This document shows, one piece after another, positions 1 through 10,556 of a stretch of 64,000 nt of DNA. Each line of letters starts with the position of its first letter. The first letter of the stretch is position 1. The translations under genes and the position numbers were made by a program. A model generated the notes under the pieces. That model was not told the origin of the DNA. It saw only the letters and a list, made by a program, of their open reading frames with translations, and ran no database searches. The stretch comes from Sulfurimonas sp. (GTDB taxonomy: Bacteria > Campylobacterota > Campylobacteria > Campylobacterales > Sulfurimonadaceae), in assembly GCA_011391635.1 (NCBI GenBank), contig JAABQD010000010.1, forward strand, positions 3,059-67,058, written 5' to 3'.

Positions 1-1319
1 TTCTTATCTCAGCAAAAACTGGTGTCGGCATCCGTGAACTCATAGATGCGATTGTAGAGCGTGTTCCCGCTCCAGTAGGCGATGAAAATGCAACAACAAA
101 AGCGATTATTTACGACTCTTGGTTTGACCAATATATGGGTGCTTTGGCTCTTGTTCGTGTCTTTGATGGCTCTATAAAAAAAGGACAGCTTGTGAGACTT
201 ATGAGCAACCTTGAAGAACATCAAGTGCTTGATTTGATGTATCCGCATCCACTCAGACGACAAAAAACAGAGAGTATCAAAAGTGGCGAAATCGGTATCG
301 TTGTGCTTGGACTCAAAGATGTCGGTGTTATCAATGTTGGCGATACTATCACAGATGCAAAAAATCCAGCAGCAGAGCCAGTGGGGACTTATGAACCTGC
401 AAAACCTTTCGTTTTTGCTGGAATTTATCCGATAGATACAGACATGTTTGAAGAGCTTCGTGATGCACTCAACAAACTTAAAATGAATGACAGTTCACTC
501 TCTTATGAACCAGAGACTTCCATAGCACTTGGTTTTGGTTTTCGTGTAGGTTTCCTTGGAATGCTTCACATGGAAGTTGTAAAAGAGCGACTCGAGCGAG
601 AGTTCGGACTTGATTTGATAGCGACTGCTCCGTCTGTTGTGTATCATGTCTATCTTACAAATGGTGAAATGATTGAGGTACAAAACCCTTCGGAACTTCC
701 ACCTGTCAATCACATCAGCAGAATTGAAGAGCCGTATGTCAAAGCGACAGTTATCACTCCAAGTGAATATTTAGGCAATATTATTACTCTTCTTATGAAC
801 AAAAGAGGTATCCAAGACAAGATGACTTACCTCAATCAAGACAGAGTCATGCTTGAGTATTCACTCCCAATGAATGAAATAGTTGTTGGCTTTTATGATT
901 CACTTAAATCCATCTCCAAAGGGTATGCTAGTTTTGATTATGAGCCAATCGCTTTTCAAGAGGGCAATCTTGTAAAACTCGATGTCCGTGTAGCAGGAGA
1001 AGTCGTAGATGCACTCAGCGTCATCGTTCCTATCACACAAGCCGATTCTCGTGGTCGTGCATTGGTAAAAAATATGAAAGAGATAGTTCCTAGACAACTC
1101 TTTGAAGTCGCTATCCAAGCCTCTTTAGGCAACAAAGTCATTGCAAGAGAAACTGTCAAATCTATGGGCAAAAATGTAACCGCGAAGTGTTATGGTGGAG
1201 ATATTACGCGTAAGCGAAAACTCCTAGAAAAACAAAAAGCTGGTAAAAAACGGATGAAGTCCATCGGAAAAGTTCAATTGCCTCAAGAGGCTTTTATGTC
1301 TGTTTTAAAAATGGATTAA
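1..1319 (+). CDS. lepA: Elongation factor 4 (LepA), 5' truncated; reading frame is open from base 3
   Basis: [22 protein letters not shown] and [25 protein letters not shown]; upstream in-frame ISAKTGVGI. Confidence 0.97.
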   Translation, partial: LISAKTGVGIRELIDAIVERVPAPVGDENATTKAIIYDSWFDQYMGALALVRVFDGSIKKGQLVRLMSNLEEHQVLDLMYPHPLRRQKTESIKSGEIGIVVLGLKDVGVINVGDTITDAKNPAAEPVGTYEPAKPFVFAGIYPIDTDMFEELRDALNKLKMNDSSLSYEPETSIALGFGFRVGFLGMLHMEVVKERLEREFGLDLIATAPSVVYHVYLTNGEMIEVQNPSELPPVNHISRIEEPYVKATVITPSEYLGNIITLLMNKRGIQDKMTYLNQDRVMLEYSLPMNEIVVGFYDSLKSISKGYASFDYEPIAFQEGNLVKLDVRVAGEVVDALSVIVPITQADSRGRALVKNMKEIVPRQLFEVAIQASLGNKVIARETVKSMGKNVTAKCYGGDITRKRKLLEKQKAGKKRMKSIGKVQLPQEAFMSVLKMD

Positions 1320-1327
1320 CAAAAAAG

Positions 1328-1906
1328 ATGCGATGTGTGTTGTGTGAGGGCTTATCGCTTGAACACATCTGCTCAACATGCCAAGAAATTTACCTCACGC
1401 CGTCCCTTCACAAACGAAAAATTTTTCATGATATCGAGGTCATCTCGTTTTATAATTATGATGAAATCAAAGAGTTGCTCTACACAAAACATACAGATTT
1501 AGGCTTTTACATCTACTCGCTTCTGGCAAAAAAAAGTTTCAAACTCTTTGCAAATAGCTTCCAATTTCCAAATCTTGTCGCTTCAATAGCAATTGATGAC
1601 CATGTACGAAGTGGATATTCTCACACAGCGATTCTCAACAAGGAGCTTCAAAGTCAATATATCAAGCCCTATTTCAACACGCTTAGAGATAAAAATCAAG
1701 TCAGTTATGCAGGAAAAAGTAGAGAATTTCGACTCCTCCATCCAAGAAATTTTGTATTCAAGAACTTTAAAGAAAAAGATGTGATACTCGTAGATGATAT
1801 CGTGACAACTGGTTTAACATTTACACATGCCATAAACTCTATGAACAAAAACAATAAAAATGTACTTGCATGTCTGGCTTTGGCAGACGCAAGTTTTAAA
1901 CACTAA
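1328..1906 (+). CDS. comF: ComF family competence protein (PRT fold; CtsW-like)
   Basis: N-terminal CxxC...CxxC zinc ribbon; PRT motif ILVDDIVTTGLT. Confidence 0.88.
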   Translation: MRCVLCEGLSLEHICSTCQEIYLTPSLHKRKIFHDIEVISFYNYDEIKELLYTKHTDLGFYIYSLLAKKSFKLFANSFQFPNLVASIAIDDHVRSGYSHTAILNKELQSQYIKPYFNTLRDKNQVSYAGKSREFRLLHPRNFVFKNFKEKDVILVDDIVTTGLTFTHAINSMNKNNKNVLACLALADASFKH

Positions 1907-1921
1907 TATCAAGGATAGTGA

Positions 1922-2374
1922 ATGAAAACACTTTTTTTACTTCTTTTGCCACTTTTGCTTTTGGCTCAAATGCTCCAAGTTGGCGACACTGTAAAGGAAG
2001 TCTCACTCAAATCACAACACGACAAAGAGTATATACTCAAAAAAGATGGCATGTGGATTATTTGCTGGGACAAAGTACAAACAAGCATTGCCAATGAGTA
2101 TTTCAAAGCATTCCACATGCCAACAGATGTTAATCTCATCGTGGATCTCTCCCAAGCTCCAGAGGGAATTTTAAATCTTTTTATCCTTCCAAGAATGCGA
2201 AATTATGAGCATCCTATACTTCTAAGCTACGATGAAGCGTATAATCTGACACTTCCTTACCAAGAAAATCATCTCACGCTTCTCTCTATCAAAGAGAGCA
2301 AACTCCTCAAAATAGAGTTTATCGAGGATGAAAAAGAGTTCAAAAATAAACTTGATACAAGTAGACTAAAGTAA
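1922..2374 (+). CDS. Exported hypothetical protein, possible thioredoxin-like/YtfJ-like fold
   Basis: Signal peptide MKTLFLLLLPLLLLA; QVGD...SLKSQ resembles the start of AhpC/TSA proteins; no CxxC. Confidence 0.6.
   Translation: MKTLFLLLLPLLLLAQMLQVGDTVKEVSLKSQHDKEYILKKDGMWIICWDKVQTSIANEYFKAFHMPTDVNLIVDLSQAPEGILNLFILPRMRNYEHPILLSYDEAYNLTLPYQENHLTLLSIKESKLLKIEFIEDEKEFKNKLDTSRLK
2351..2371 (+). promoter_or_regulatory. HAIR-like (HspR) operator 1 upstream of grpE-dnaK
   Basis: CTTGATA-N7-ACTAAAG versus HAIR consensus CTTGAGT-N7-ACTCAAG. Confidence 0.5.
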
Positions 2375-2399
2375 CTTTACAAAAATAACTAAATATACT

Positions 2400-2429
2400 C
2401 TTGACATTATTACACTCAATATGTATAAT
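2400..2429 (+). promoter_or_regulatory. Sigma70 promoter of grpE-dnaK with overlapping HAIR-like operator 2
   Basis: TTGACA(2401-2406)-N17-TATAAT(2424-2429); CTTGACA-N7-ACTCAAT at 2400-2420 covers the -35 box and spacer. Confidence 0.8.
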
Positions 2430-2465
2430 AACGCCATCTTTTAAATAAGGAGTATAAAAACGATT

Positions 2466-3026
2466 ATGTCACAACAATCCAACGAAGAATTACAGACAGA
2501 ACCCCTCAAAGAAGAGGCTCATAAAGAGATAAATTCGGATGAAGCTTTGGCTGAAGCTGTTGCTGTAGAAAATGAGTTCGACCTCTTGCAAGAGGAACTT
2601 GCAGCATTAAAAGATAAATATGCTCGTGTTCATGCTGATTTTGATAATATCAAAAAAAGATTAGAGAGAGAAAAATATACTGCAGTAGAGTATTCAAACG
2701 AAAAATTTGCGAAAGATATGATTCCCGTGATGGATTCACTTCAAATGGCGATAGCTTCCGCATCATCCAATGCAGAACCTAGCGAATTGATAGAAAAGAT
2801 AAAAGAGGGAATGGCGTTAACACTTAAACAATTAACGACTTCTTTAGAAAAGCATGGTGTTACAATGGTTTCACATGATGAGCCATTTGATCCAAATATC
2901 CATAATGCAATTCAGAGTGTTGATAGTGATACAGTCGAGAGTGGGCAGATTGTGCAAACTTTTCAAACGGGTTACAAATATAAAGAGAGACCTTTGCGTG
3001 AGGCAATGGTAGTAGTTGCGAATTAA
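2466..3026 (+). CDS. grpE: Nucleotide exchange factor GrpE
   Basis: YARVHADFDNIKKR, FDPNIHNAI, GYKYKERPLREAMV; directly upstream of dnaK. Confidence 0.96.
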   Translation: MSQQSNEELQTEPLKEEAHKEINSDEALAEAVAVENEFDLLQEELAALKDKYARVHADFDNIKKRLEREKYTAVEYSNEKFAKDMIPVMDSLQMAIASASSNAEPSELIEKIKEGMALTLKQLTTSLEKHGVTMVSHDEPFDPNIHNAIQSVDSDTVESGQIVQTFQTGYKYKERPLREAMVVVAN

Positions 3027-3036
3027 TTACTAGAAC

Positions 3037-3110
3037 GATATTTGGAACAAAGTCCCAAATATCTACGCTGACGCCGCTAAGGCGACTAAAGCTTGACTCT
3101 TGCGAGTCAG
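3037..3110. other. Intergenic triple stem-loop element between grpE and dnaK
   Basis: GATATTTGG..CCAAATATC, CGCC-GCTAA-GGCG and TGACTC-TTGC-GAGTCA inverted repeats. Confidence 0.5.
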
Positions 3111-3142
3111 AATAAAAAAATAAATTAAATTAAGGAAATAAT

Positions 3143-5029
3143 ATGTCAAAAGTAATAGGTATAGATTTAGGAACAACAAATTCATGTGTAGCAGTGTATG
3201 AGGGCGGTGAGGCAAAAATCATCCCAAATAAAGAGGGAAAAAATACAACGCCTTCAGTTGTTGCATTTACAGATAAAGGTGAAGTTTTAGTAGGAGACCC
3301 TGCAAAACGCCAAGCAATCACAAACCCAAACAAAACTATCTCTTCAATTAAGAGAATTATGGGTCTTATGATGAATGAGGAGAATGCAAAAGCAGCACAC
3401 GATAAGGTAACTTATAACATCGTAGATAAAGATGGTATGGCAGCTGTAAATGTAGATGGAAAAGTATATACACCACAAGAAATTTCAGCAAAAATTTTAT
3501 CAAAACTCAAAGCAGATGCGGAGAGCTATTTAGGTTCAACTGTAACAGACGCAGTTATCACTGTTCCAGCGTACTTCAATGATGCACAAAGAAAAGCGAC
3601 AAAAGATGCTGGAACAATCGCAGGACTGAATGTTCTTCGTATCATAAACGAGCCAACAGCGTCTGCACTTGCGTATGGTTTAGAGAGTAAATCTGAGGAA
3701 AATGTACTTGTTTATGACCTTGGAGGCGGGACATTCGATGTTACTGTTTTAGAGATTAGTGATGGTACTTTTGAGGTTCTCTCAACAGATGGTAATGCAT
3801 TTTTAGGTGGAGATGACTTTGATAACAAAATCGTTGATTACCTCAATGCTGAGTTCAAAAGCTCACACGGCATCGACCTCAAAAATGACAAAATGGCTCT
3901 TCAAAGATTAAAAGATGCTGCTGAAAATGCAAAAAAAGAGCTTTCAAGTTCAACTGAAACTGAAATCAACTTGCCATTTATCACGATGACAGAAGCTGGA
4001 CCACAACACTTGGTTCTTAAACTTACTCGTGCGAAATTTGAGGGAATGATTGAACCACTTATCAAAGAGACGATTGACCATATCAAAACAGCGATGAAAG
4101 AGTCTGGTTTAGATAACAACGCTATCAAAGAGATTATCATGGTAGGTGGTTCTATCCGTGTTCCTCTTGCACAAAAAATGGTTTCAGACTATTTTGGTGG
4201 CAAAAACCTAAATAAAAGCGTAAACCCTGATGAAGTTGTAGCTGCTGGTGCTGCTATCCAAGGGGGAGTTTTAAGAGGAGATGTTAAAGATGTTCTTCTT
4301 TTAGATGTTACTCCTTTATCACTCGGGATTGAGACTTTAGGTGGCATTGCTACTAAAATCATTGAAAAAGGTACAACGATTCCAGTAAAAAAATCTCAAG
4401 TTTTTTCAACTGCGGAAGATAACCAACCAGCTGTAAGTATCTCAGTTGTTCAAGGTGAGAGAGAGTTTGCAAAAGATAACAAATCACTAGGTCTTTTTGA
4501 ACTAGGAAACATCGCAGCAGCTCCAAGGGGTGTGCCTCAAATCGAAGTAACTTTTGACATCGACGCAAACGGAATTTTAACTGTTAGCTCAACAGATAAA
4601 GGAACAGGCAAATCTCAATCAATCACAATTTCTGGTTCGTCTGGACTAAGTGAAGAAGAGATTAACAAAATGGTTCAAGATGCTGAAGCACACAAAGCGG
4701 AAGATTCAAAAAGAAAAGCACTCGTTGACCTTAAAAATCAAGCAGATGCACTTATTGCTCAAACTGAAAAATCACTCACTGAAATCGGTGATAAAATCAC
4801 GGCAGATGAAAAAGTGGCTATCGAAAAAGCAATCAGTGAACTCAAAGATACACTCAAAGATGACAACTCTACAAAAGAGCAAATCGAAGCAAAAGTAAAA
4901 ACTCTTACAGAAGCAAGTCATAAAATGGCAGAGCAAATGTACAAAAAAGAGGAAGGTGCTTCAGCAGGTGAAGCAGATACGAAAAAGAAAAAGCAGGATG
5001 ACGACGTTATTGATGCTGAGATAGAATAA
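3143..5029 (+). CDS. dnaK: Chaperone DnaK
   Basis: [31 protein letters not shown]. Confidence 0.99.
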   Translation: MSKVIGIDLGTTNSCVAVYEGGEAKIIPNKEGKNTTPSVVAFTDKGEVLVGDPAKRQAITNPNKTISSIKRIMGLMMNEENAKAAHDKVTYNIVDKDGMAAVNVDGKVYTPQEISAKILSKLKADAESYLGSTVTDAVITVPAYFNDAQRKATKDAGTIAGLNVLRIINEPTASALAYGLESKSEENVLVYDLGGGTFDVTVLEISDGTFEVLSTDGNAFLGGDDFDNKIVDYLNAEFKSSHGIDLKNDKMALQRLKDAAENAKKELSSSTETEINLPFITMTEAGPQHLVLKLTRAKFEGMIEPLIKETIDHIKTAMKESGLDNNAIKEIIMVGGSIRVPLAQKMVSDYFGGKNLNKSVNPDEVVAAGAAIQGGVLRGDVKDVLLLDVTPLSLGIETLGGIATKIIEKGTTIPVKKSQVFSTAEDNQPAVSISVVQGEREFAKDNKSLGLFELGNIAAAPRGVPQIEVTFDIDANGILTVSSTDKGTGKSQSITISGSSGLSEEEINKMVQDAEAHKAEDSKRKALVDLKNQADALIAQTEKSLTEIGDKITADEKVAIEKAISELKDTLKDDNSTKEQIEAKVKTLTEASHKMAEQMYKKEEGASAGEADTKKKKQDDDVIDAEIE

Positions 5030-5048
5030 GCAATTATTCTCTCTCAAC

Positions 5049-5089
5049 TTCCACATGCCAAAAATCTTGGCATGTGGAACTATTTTTTA
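5049..5089 (+). terminator. Inverted pair of the 13-mer forming a hairpin with a U-tract; likely dnaK terminator
   Basis: TTCCACATGCCAA-aaatc-TTGGCATGTGGAA-ctatttttt between convergent genes. Confidence 0.8.
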
Positions 5090-5589
5090 TAATATTTAAA
5101 ATCTTCTTGTACTTTTTCTCTTGCATGTGCAAAATCCATTATCTCTCCACCAAACTTAGCTTGAAACTCTTTTGCCATTGCTTCTTCTAAAAAAGCATAT
5201 TTACTCACTTGAGTCATCGTGCCTCTTTTAGAACTTCCAACCACATAATATGCCTTTGTCACATCAATAAACTGGAGTGAAGTTACATCGACAACTTTTG
5301 GATTTTTTAGCTCTACACCCTCGCCTAAATGCTCTTCAAGACAGTGTAAAGAGCAGTATTGAATATTTTTACCATCATGTATGGCAGCATGATTTGTTTT
5401 GTAAAACTTTACCAAATCCATTCCACATCTGACACACTGTCCTTTTTGTGCACCCTCTTGCAAAAGCGTCGCATCCGATTTTTTCACACTTTGAAAAATC
5501 TTGTTTGGAGTGCATTCACTCTTTTGCGTTGCACACCCTAGCAGCAATAAACCCATAACCATAGCACCTAATATCTTTACCATACACAT
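5080..5589 (-). CDS. NosL-family metal-binding lipoprotein
   Basis: Lipobox LLLGC; CxxCGM, YCSLHCL, AYYVVGS..GTM, AKEFQAKFGG. Confidence 0.8.
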   Translation of the reverse strand: MCMVKILGAMVMGLLLLGCATQKSECTPNKIFQSVKKSDATLLQEGAQKGQCVRCGMDLVKFYKTNHAAIHDGKNIQYCSLHCLEEHLGEGVELKNPKVVDVTSLQFIDVTKAYYVVGSSKRGTMTQVSKYAFLEEAMAKEFQAKFGGEIMDFAHAREKVQEDFKYYKK

Positions 5590-5685
5590 TCCTCAATTTA
5601 TAATGTGAAGATGATAGCAATTATTTATTACATAATTGTTAAATTGACTATAATTGCGTACATATTCAAAAAAAATGGGGATAAA

Positions 5686-6183
5686 ATGCAAGAAAAAATA
5701 AAACACTACGCCAAAGAAACACTCCTCTTTTTTGTTCTGCTCACACTTATTGCAAATGTTTTGAGCCTTTACAAAAGTAGTGATGTAAATAAAGAGCCTC
5801 TTAAAATGGATTCAATTACGCTTATCAAGAATCAAAACTATCAACTTCCACATGCCAAGCCTATTCTCATCCATTTTTGGGCATCATGGTGTCCAACCTG
5901 CTCTCTTGAAGCATCCAACATACAAAAAATTTCCGAGCATTATGAAACAATTACTATTGCTGTAAAATCTGGAAGTGATGCAGAGATACAACAATTTTTG
6001 CAAGAGAGAAATTTAAACTTTCAAGTTGCCAATGATGCGAATGGTATCTATGCCAATAGCTTCAAAATAGCTGCATTTCCGACAACACTCATCTATGATA
6101 AAGAGAAAAATTTAGTTTTTAGTGAAGTTGGTTATACATCAACTTTAGGGTTATATCTTAGAATGTGGTGGAGTAGTTTATAA
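5686..6183 (+). CDS. Membrane-anchored TlpA/redoxin-family disulfide oxidoreductase (start likely MQEK at 5686, not 5605)
   Basis: HFWASWCPTC, FPTTLIYD, N-terminal TM helix. Confidence 0.85.
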   Translation: MQEKIKHYAKETLLFFVLLTLIANVLSLYKSSDVNKEPLKMDSITLIKNQNYQLPHAKPILIHFWASWCPTCSLEASNIQKISEHYETITIAVKSGSDAEIQQFLQERNLNFQVANDANGIYANSFKIAAFPTTLIYDKEKNLVFSEVGYTSTLGLYLRMWWSSL

Positions 6184-6199
6184 GAGGAAAAAATGAGTA

Positions 6200-6230
6200 T
6201 TGGCATGTGGAAATAAATTCCACATGCCAA
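6200..6230. terminator. Inverted pair of the 13-mer between convergent genes
   Basis: TTGGCATGTGGAA-ataaa-TTCCACATGCCAA. Confidence 0.7.
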
Positions 6231-6245
6231 CTTCAAAAAAGAGTA

Positions 6246-9200
6246 TTACGATTTAATTGTTACCGCATACGCTTTATCAGAAAGTGGTACCCAAGGGCGT
6301 TTGAGATGTTTCGGGCGACGGATTGTTGAATTTTCATCCAATCCTCTTGTGAGCTGATCTCTCCATCCTTGATATACTTTAAAGTTATTTTCATAATTAA
6401 CATGAATATCACCTATTTTATCCCCTTTTTCTGCAGGTTCTAAAATAACTTTTTGGTGCCAACAATGCATACCAGAAATAGGGTCTGGGTGTGGAGCTGC
6501 CACAGCATTTTGCCATGAACCACTTAAACCATCCCACCAAATATTTCCACTATCTCTGTTATAATCAGCAAATCTTTCAGTATGGAAAGGTTTAATTCCC
6601 TCAACATATTTAAGTTTACCCTCTTTTCCATCCATCTGAAGTTCAGCAGTTGGAACACCGAAACTATTGATTCCACTTGTGCCGTTATACCCTTCGATGA
6701 TAATTTGTGCACCCTCTTTACCTACATTTTCTGGTGTATGAGCCATAAATTTAGGGTCATTCATATTTCTAGTCACTGGTTGTGAATCTACTTTACCATC
6801 TGTTACACCATTAGGGATTGTTACATGGTTAGTAAGTTTCCATCTACCGCCGTGGTGTGAACAAGCAAGAGTTCCAGGTAAAACACCCTCAGTTGGAACT
6901 GCCATTGCCACAAAATAGCCTGATTCAAGACCTGTTAAACTATCTACAATTTTTACACGAATTGCATCACCGCGTTTAAATCCTTGACGTGCTGCATCCC
7001 CAGTTGAAATCCAAATCGGATCATGATTTTGAGAAATTTCCATCAAGTGTTTTGAGTTTGCTGAACGCGTATGAATATTATACGGCAAACGGAAAACAGT
7101 ATTGAGTGCATACGAATTTTTCTCTGTCATAAACGAGTGATTTACATGAGAAACGATATGTGTCATCTTCTTTTTCTCTGCATCATTTCTTGGATAGAAT
7201 GGAATCGCATACTCTGGCCATTTCCAATCATCAGCCAACCACTCACAGAAGAAGTCAAGTTTTTTATCTGGTGTTGCAAAACCTTCCATTTTCACGCCAT
7301 CAATCTCAATGCCCATCGGTGTTTTTTTACCATCATGCTCAGCCGTCATAACACCTGTACGCGGGTTGATATGTACATGGCTTTTCTCATATTTATGTCC
7401 GTGAGAGATGTAGTTTTCACCATCATCTTTTATCACTCTTTCTTGAGGAGAATAAATATTGTTCTCTTCCATCCATGCACCATGGTCTCTTAAGTATTCA
7501 TACACTGGAAACTCAGAATTTTTATATCTTGCATCTGCCAAAGCTGTTGCTTTAAGATTTGGTAAATTATCACCAAATGCTGCATCGTACCACTCAGCAA
7601 TTGTCACTGGTGTACCTGGAGTTTTTTTAGATTCCCACATTTTTTTGATGCCAAGTCTGCCAGTTGGGTCAATGTAATTCACACACATTTCAAACCAGAA
7701 CTCATTATCTTCCCAAACTTCACCAAGACCAGCTTTAATATGTGCCTCAAGCGTAGCTCGTGCAGGATTTTTAGCTTTCCATCCCATTTTTTCTAAAGCA
7801 ACACGAAGAACTGGTTGACGGAATGATGTCCATCTTGCAGGCATTGTAGCTTCAGAATGTTGGTCATGTCTTTCACCTGCAAGTCCCACTGGCAGGATAT
7901 AATCCATATACCAGTTTGTCTCACTCCACACAGGAGAGAGGTTCATCGTAAGTTCCATCTTAGATTCATCTTTAAGTGTATCTATCCATCTAAATCCATC
8001 CGGATTAATCCATACAGGATTGTACATACGAGGGATATACACGGAGAGTTTTTTAGGAACTGTTAGTCCTTTTGCTATCCACTTGTTCTGCCACTCTGTA
8101 TCGCTAAGAAGGTGTGGTAAAAGATACGACATCTCATACGAAGAGAGAGGCCACTCTGGTGGATATGTAAGTTCATTATAAACATCCACTTTAGGAATAT
8201 TTGCACCACGCATACCTTGACCAACCGTAGCACTTCCACCTTTTCCTGAAACCGAAATAACATGCCAGTGATGGAAAAATGTACCACCCTCTGGTCCGAT
8301 TGCTCCACGAAGAGCCAACGAGAGGTATCCTGTACGACCACTCATCCAACCACCACGATTTCCAGCAGCAGTAGCTCTCCAGAAATAGGTAGAAATAGAA
8401 GTTCCCGCCCAAATAAACATATCATAAAGTGCCTCAAGTTTGTATGCAGGGACATGTGTCTCTTTTACCGCATACTCAAGTGTATAAGGTGCATAAAGCT
8501 CTTTGAGCATTTCGATAAAATCTTCAAATTTGTCACTACTTGGCATTTTAGATATATAGCCTTTGAGTACCATATATTCTAAGTATGCTTTATTATCAAG
8601 CATTACTTCCCAGTTCAACCACTTTTTCACGAAAGCTTTATTTACTTTGCCTTCACTCAACATTCTTTGTGTTAAATAAAGATAAATTACTGGCTCAGTC
8701 CCTGGCCATGAAGCAATCCAAAGATCTGCCATACCAGCTGAGTTTGACATACGAGGATCCATAACTACAAGTTTTGCACCCTTTGCTCTTGCATCTGCTA
8801 TAAATGAAGCTGATTGTTGGAAATAGTGTCCAGCATCCGCAGCATGAGAAGAGTTAAGAAAGATTAACTTTGCATTTGCCCAATCTGGAGATGTTCTATC
8901 ATCATTCGCCCATTGCATAGTTGGTGTTCGACCATTAGATGAACAGATATTAGTGTGTGAGTTATAACAATCAAGTCCTAATGTATGCCAGATAGCAGGT
9001 ACAAATCCATTTTCATTTGGACGACCAACATGGAACATCACAGATTTTTTAGAGAGTTCATCCCCTTTTTCAATCGTGTCTGCCATTTTTTTACCAATGG
9101 TAGTCATCGCCTCATCCCAAGTTGTACGAACCCATTTTCCTTCACCACGAGCAGAACCAGCAGCTCTTTTGAGTGGAAATGCTATACGATCTGGATCATA

Positions 9201-9638
9201 CATTTGCGATTGTGCAGCGTATCCTTTTGCACAGTTACGACCTCTACTTGCTGCATGTAATGGATTCCCCATATATTTCTTGACTGTAAATGATTTTTTA
9301 TCTACCCATGCAGTAAGTCCACATGAAGCTTCACAGTTTGAACATGCGGTAGGAATAATCATATAATCATTCACTTCAATACCATCAGGATTTGATTCGC
9401 TTCTTACACCTTTACGGTCTATTCCACCTCTTTTCCAATCATCCCCATCTAACTCTTTAAAATCACTCCACTCTTCCATAGGAGGGTAAAATGAGAGTGT
9501 ATCAGGAGTATTTGTAAATTTACTCTCAGCTACTGACTCAGCAAGAGCGTCCGTTGTAAATACACCTTTAGCAATAGTTGCACCAGCAACAGTGAATGCA
9601 GCACCTTTTAAAAATGTTCTTCTACTTTGTAAATACAT
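6246..9638 (-). CDS. Tat-exported molybdopterin oxidoreductase catalytic subunit (Psr/Ttr/Srd/Arr clade, substrate unknown)
   Basis: SRRTFLK Tat motif; CSNCEASC...NCAKG 4Fe-4S cluster; SHTNICS putative Cys ligand; C-terminal HTRSAN molybdopterin-dinucleotide region. Confidence 0.85.
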   Translation of the reverse strand: MYLQSRRTFLKGAAFTVAGATIAKGVFTTDALAESVAESKFTNTPDTLSFYPPMEEWSDFKELDGDDWKRGGIDRKGVRSESNPDGIEVNDYMIIPTACSNCEASCGLTAWVDKKSFTVKKYMGNPLHAASRGRNCAKGYAAQSQMYDPDRIAFPLKRAAGSARGEGKWVRTTWDEAMTTIGKKMADTIEKGDELSKKSVMFHVGRPNENGFVPAIWHTLGLDCYNSHTNICSSNGRTPTMQWANDDRTSPDWANAKLIFLNSSHAADAGHYFQQSASFIADARAKGAKLVVMDPRMSNSAGMADLWIASWPGTEPVIYLYLTQRMLSEGKVNKAFVKKWLNWEVMLDNKAYLEYMVLKGYISKMPSSDKFEDFIEMLKELYAPYTLEYAVKETHVPAYKLEALYDMFIWAGTSISTYFWRATAAGNRGGWMSGRTGYLSLALRGAIGPEGGTFFHHWHVISVSGKGGSATVGQGMRGANIPKVDVYNELTYPPEWPLSSYEMSYLLPHLLSDTEWQNKWIAKGLTVPKKLSVYIPRMYNPVWINPDGFRWIDTLKDESKMELTMNLSPVWSETNWYMDYILPVGLAGERHDQHSEATMPARWTSFRQPVLRVALEKMGWKAKNPARATLEAHIKAGLGEVWEDNEFWFEMCVNYIDPTGRLGIKKMWESKKTPGTPVTIAEWYDAAFGDNLPNLKATALADARYKNSEFPVYEYLRDHGAWMEENNIYSPQERVIKDDGENYISHGHKYEKSHVHINPRTGVMTAEHDGKKTPMGIEIDGVKMEGFATPDKKLDFFCEWLADDWKWPEYAIPFYPRNDAEKKKMTHIVSHVNHSFMTEKNSYALNTVFRLPYNIHTRSANSKHLMEISQNHDPIWISTGDAARQGFKRGDAIRVKIVDSLTGLESGYFVAMAVPTEGVLPGTLACSHHGGRWKLTNHVTIPNGVTDGKVDSQPVTRNMNDPKFMAHTPENVGKEGAQIIIEGYNGTSGINSFGVPTAELQMDGKEGKLKYVEGIKPFHTERFADYNRDSGNIWWDGLSGSWQNAVAAPHPDPISGMHCWHQKVILEPAEKGDKIGDIHVNYENNFKVYQGWRDQLTRGLDENSTIRRPKHLKRPWVPLSDKAYAVTIKS

Positions 9639-9650
9639 TTATATTTCTCC

Positions 9651-10556
9651 CTAACTCATTGGTAATAATTGTGGAATCATTAGCCAAACATGTTTAACTA
9701 ACCACAGACCTGCTAACGCTAAAACAGCGGCAAGTTTTAAAATATTTTCACTTTTACTCGCACGACTGAGCACTATAAGCAACATTGGTAAAAGATACGT
9801 CATCCATTGTCCTAACCAAAACATTACAGTATATGGACCATCGCCTTTGATGTATTCAAGAACTGCCGCAACTTCTTCTGCTTTCATTGGACCAAAAATG
9901 TACTCTGACATGTATAAAATAAATGACATCATTGCACTTAAGCCAAGAACAACACCTAAAGTTTTTTTCGCTTCATAGTCAAGTTTTGAACCTGAGAGTA
10001 AAATCATAAACGATGAACCAGCAACAAGTGCTGCTAAAATCATTTGAGCTGATTCTGTCGGCATTTGCCACAATTCGCGTGCTGTACACTGAGACATAAG
10101 CCCCGCTGTATAGAGCGTAACAGGGATAGCAAGAAGTACAACCCATGTCAAAGTTTTATCAAATGCTGCATCATCTTTTTTAATGAAACTAAGAAATGCT
10201 AACAAGAAAAGAAGCCCAACAAAAGCCGTAGCCATCCAAGCACCAACAGTAATCGCCGATGTTACATGTGGGAAGAAAAATATATGCCACATTCTAAATG
10301 GCTGATGTAAATCAGCAAGTGTGAACAATAAGAATATATGAATAAATATAATTGAAACTACCGTCGTTGGAAATCGCAATTTACCAGCTTGATCTGGGTA
10401 CTTTTTGAGAAGTAAAAAGAGCATAAAAATAACACCCGTTCCAATACTCTTTGCCCACATGTTCACAGTTACAAGCCAAGGCCAAACTGTCCCTGGTAAA
10501 GCTACATCTAAAGTTACAATAGCATTTGTTGCTGTTAATATTTCATGTGCCGCCAT
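9651..10556 (-). CDS. NrfD/PsrC-family membrane anchor
   Basis: Multi-TM; LADLHQPFRMWH, SAITVGAW, LYTAGL. Confidence 0.88.
   Translation of the reverse strand: MAAHEILTATNAIVTLDVALPGTVWPWLVTVNMWAKSIGTGVIFMLFLLLKKYPDQAGKLRFPTTVVSIIFIHIFLLFTLADLHQPFRMWHIFFFPHVTSAITVGAWMATAFVGLLFLLAFLSFIKKDDAAFDKTLTWVVLLAIPVTLYTAGLMSQCTARELWQMPTESAQMILAALVAGSSFMILLSGSKLDYEAKKTLGVVLGLSAMMSFILYMSEYIFGPMKAEEVAAVLEYIKGDGPYTVMFWLGQWMTYLLPMLLIVLSRASKSENILKLAAVLALAGLWLVKHVWLMIPQLLPMS

Noticed and set aside
5080-5589. Evidence for a nos (N2O reductase) cluster
   Set aside because: Only a NosL-like gene is present; no nosZ, nosD, nosF or nosY in the window.
6246-9638. Formate dehydrogenase or nitrate reductase call
   Set aside because: No Fdh C/U-H ligand motif or Nap/Nar signatures; the NrfD partner and SHTNIC point to the Psr/Ttr/Arr clade.
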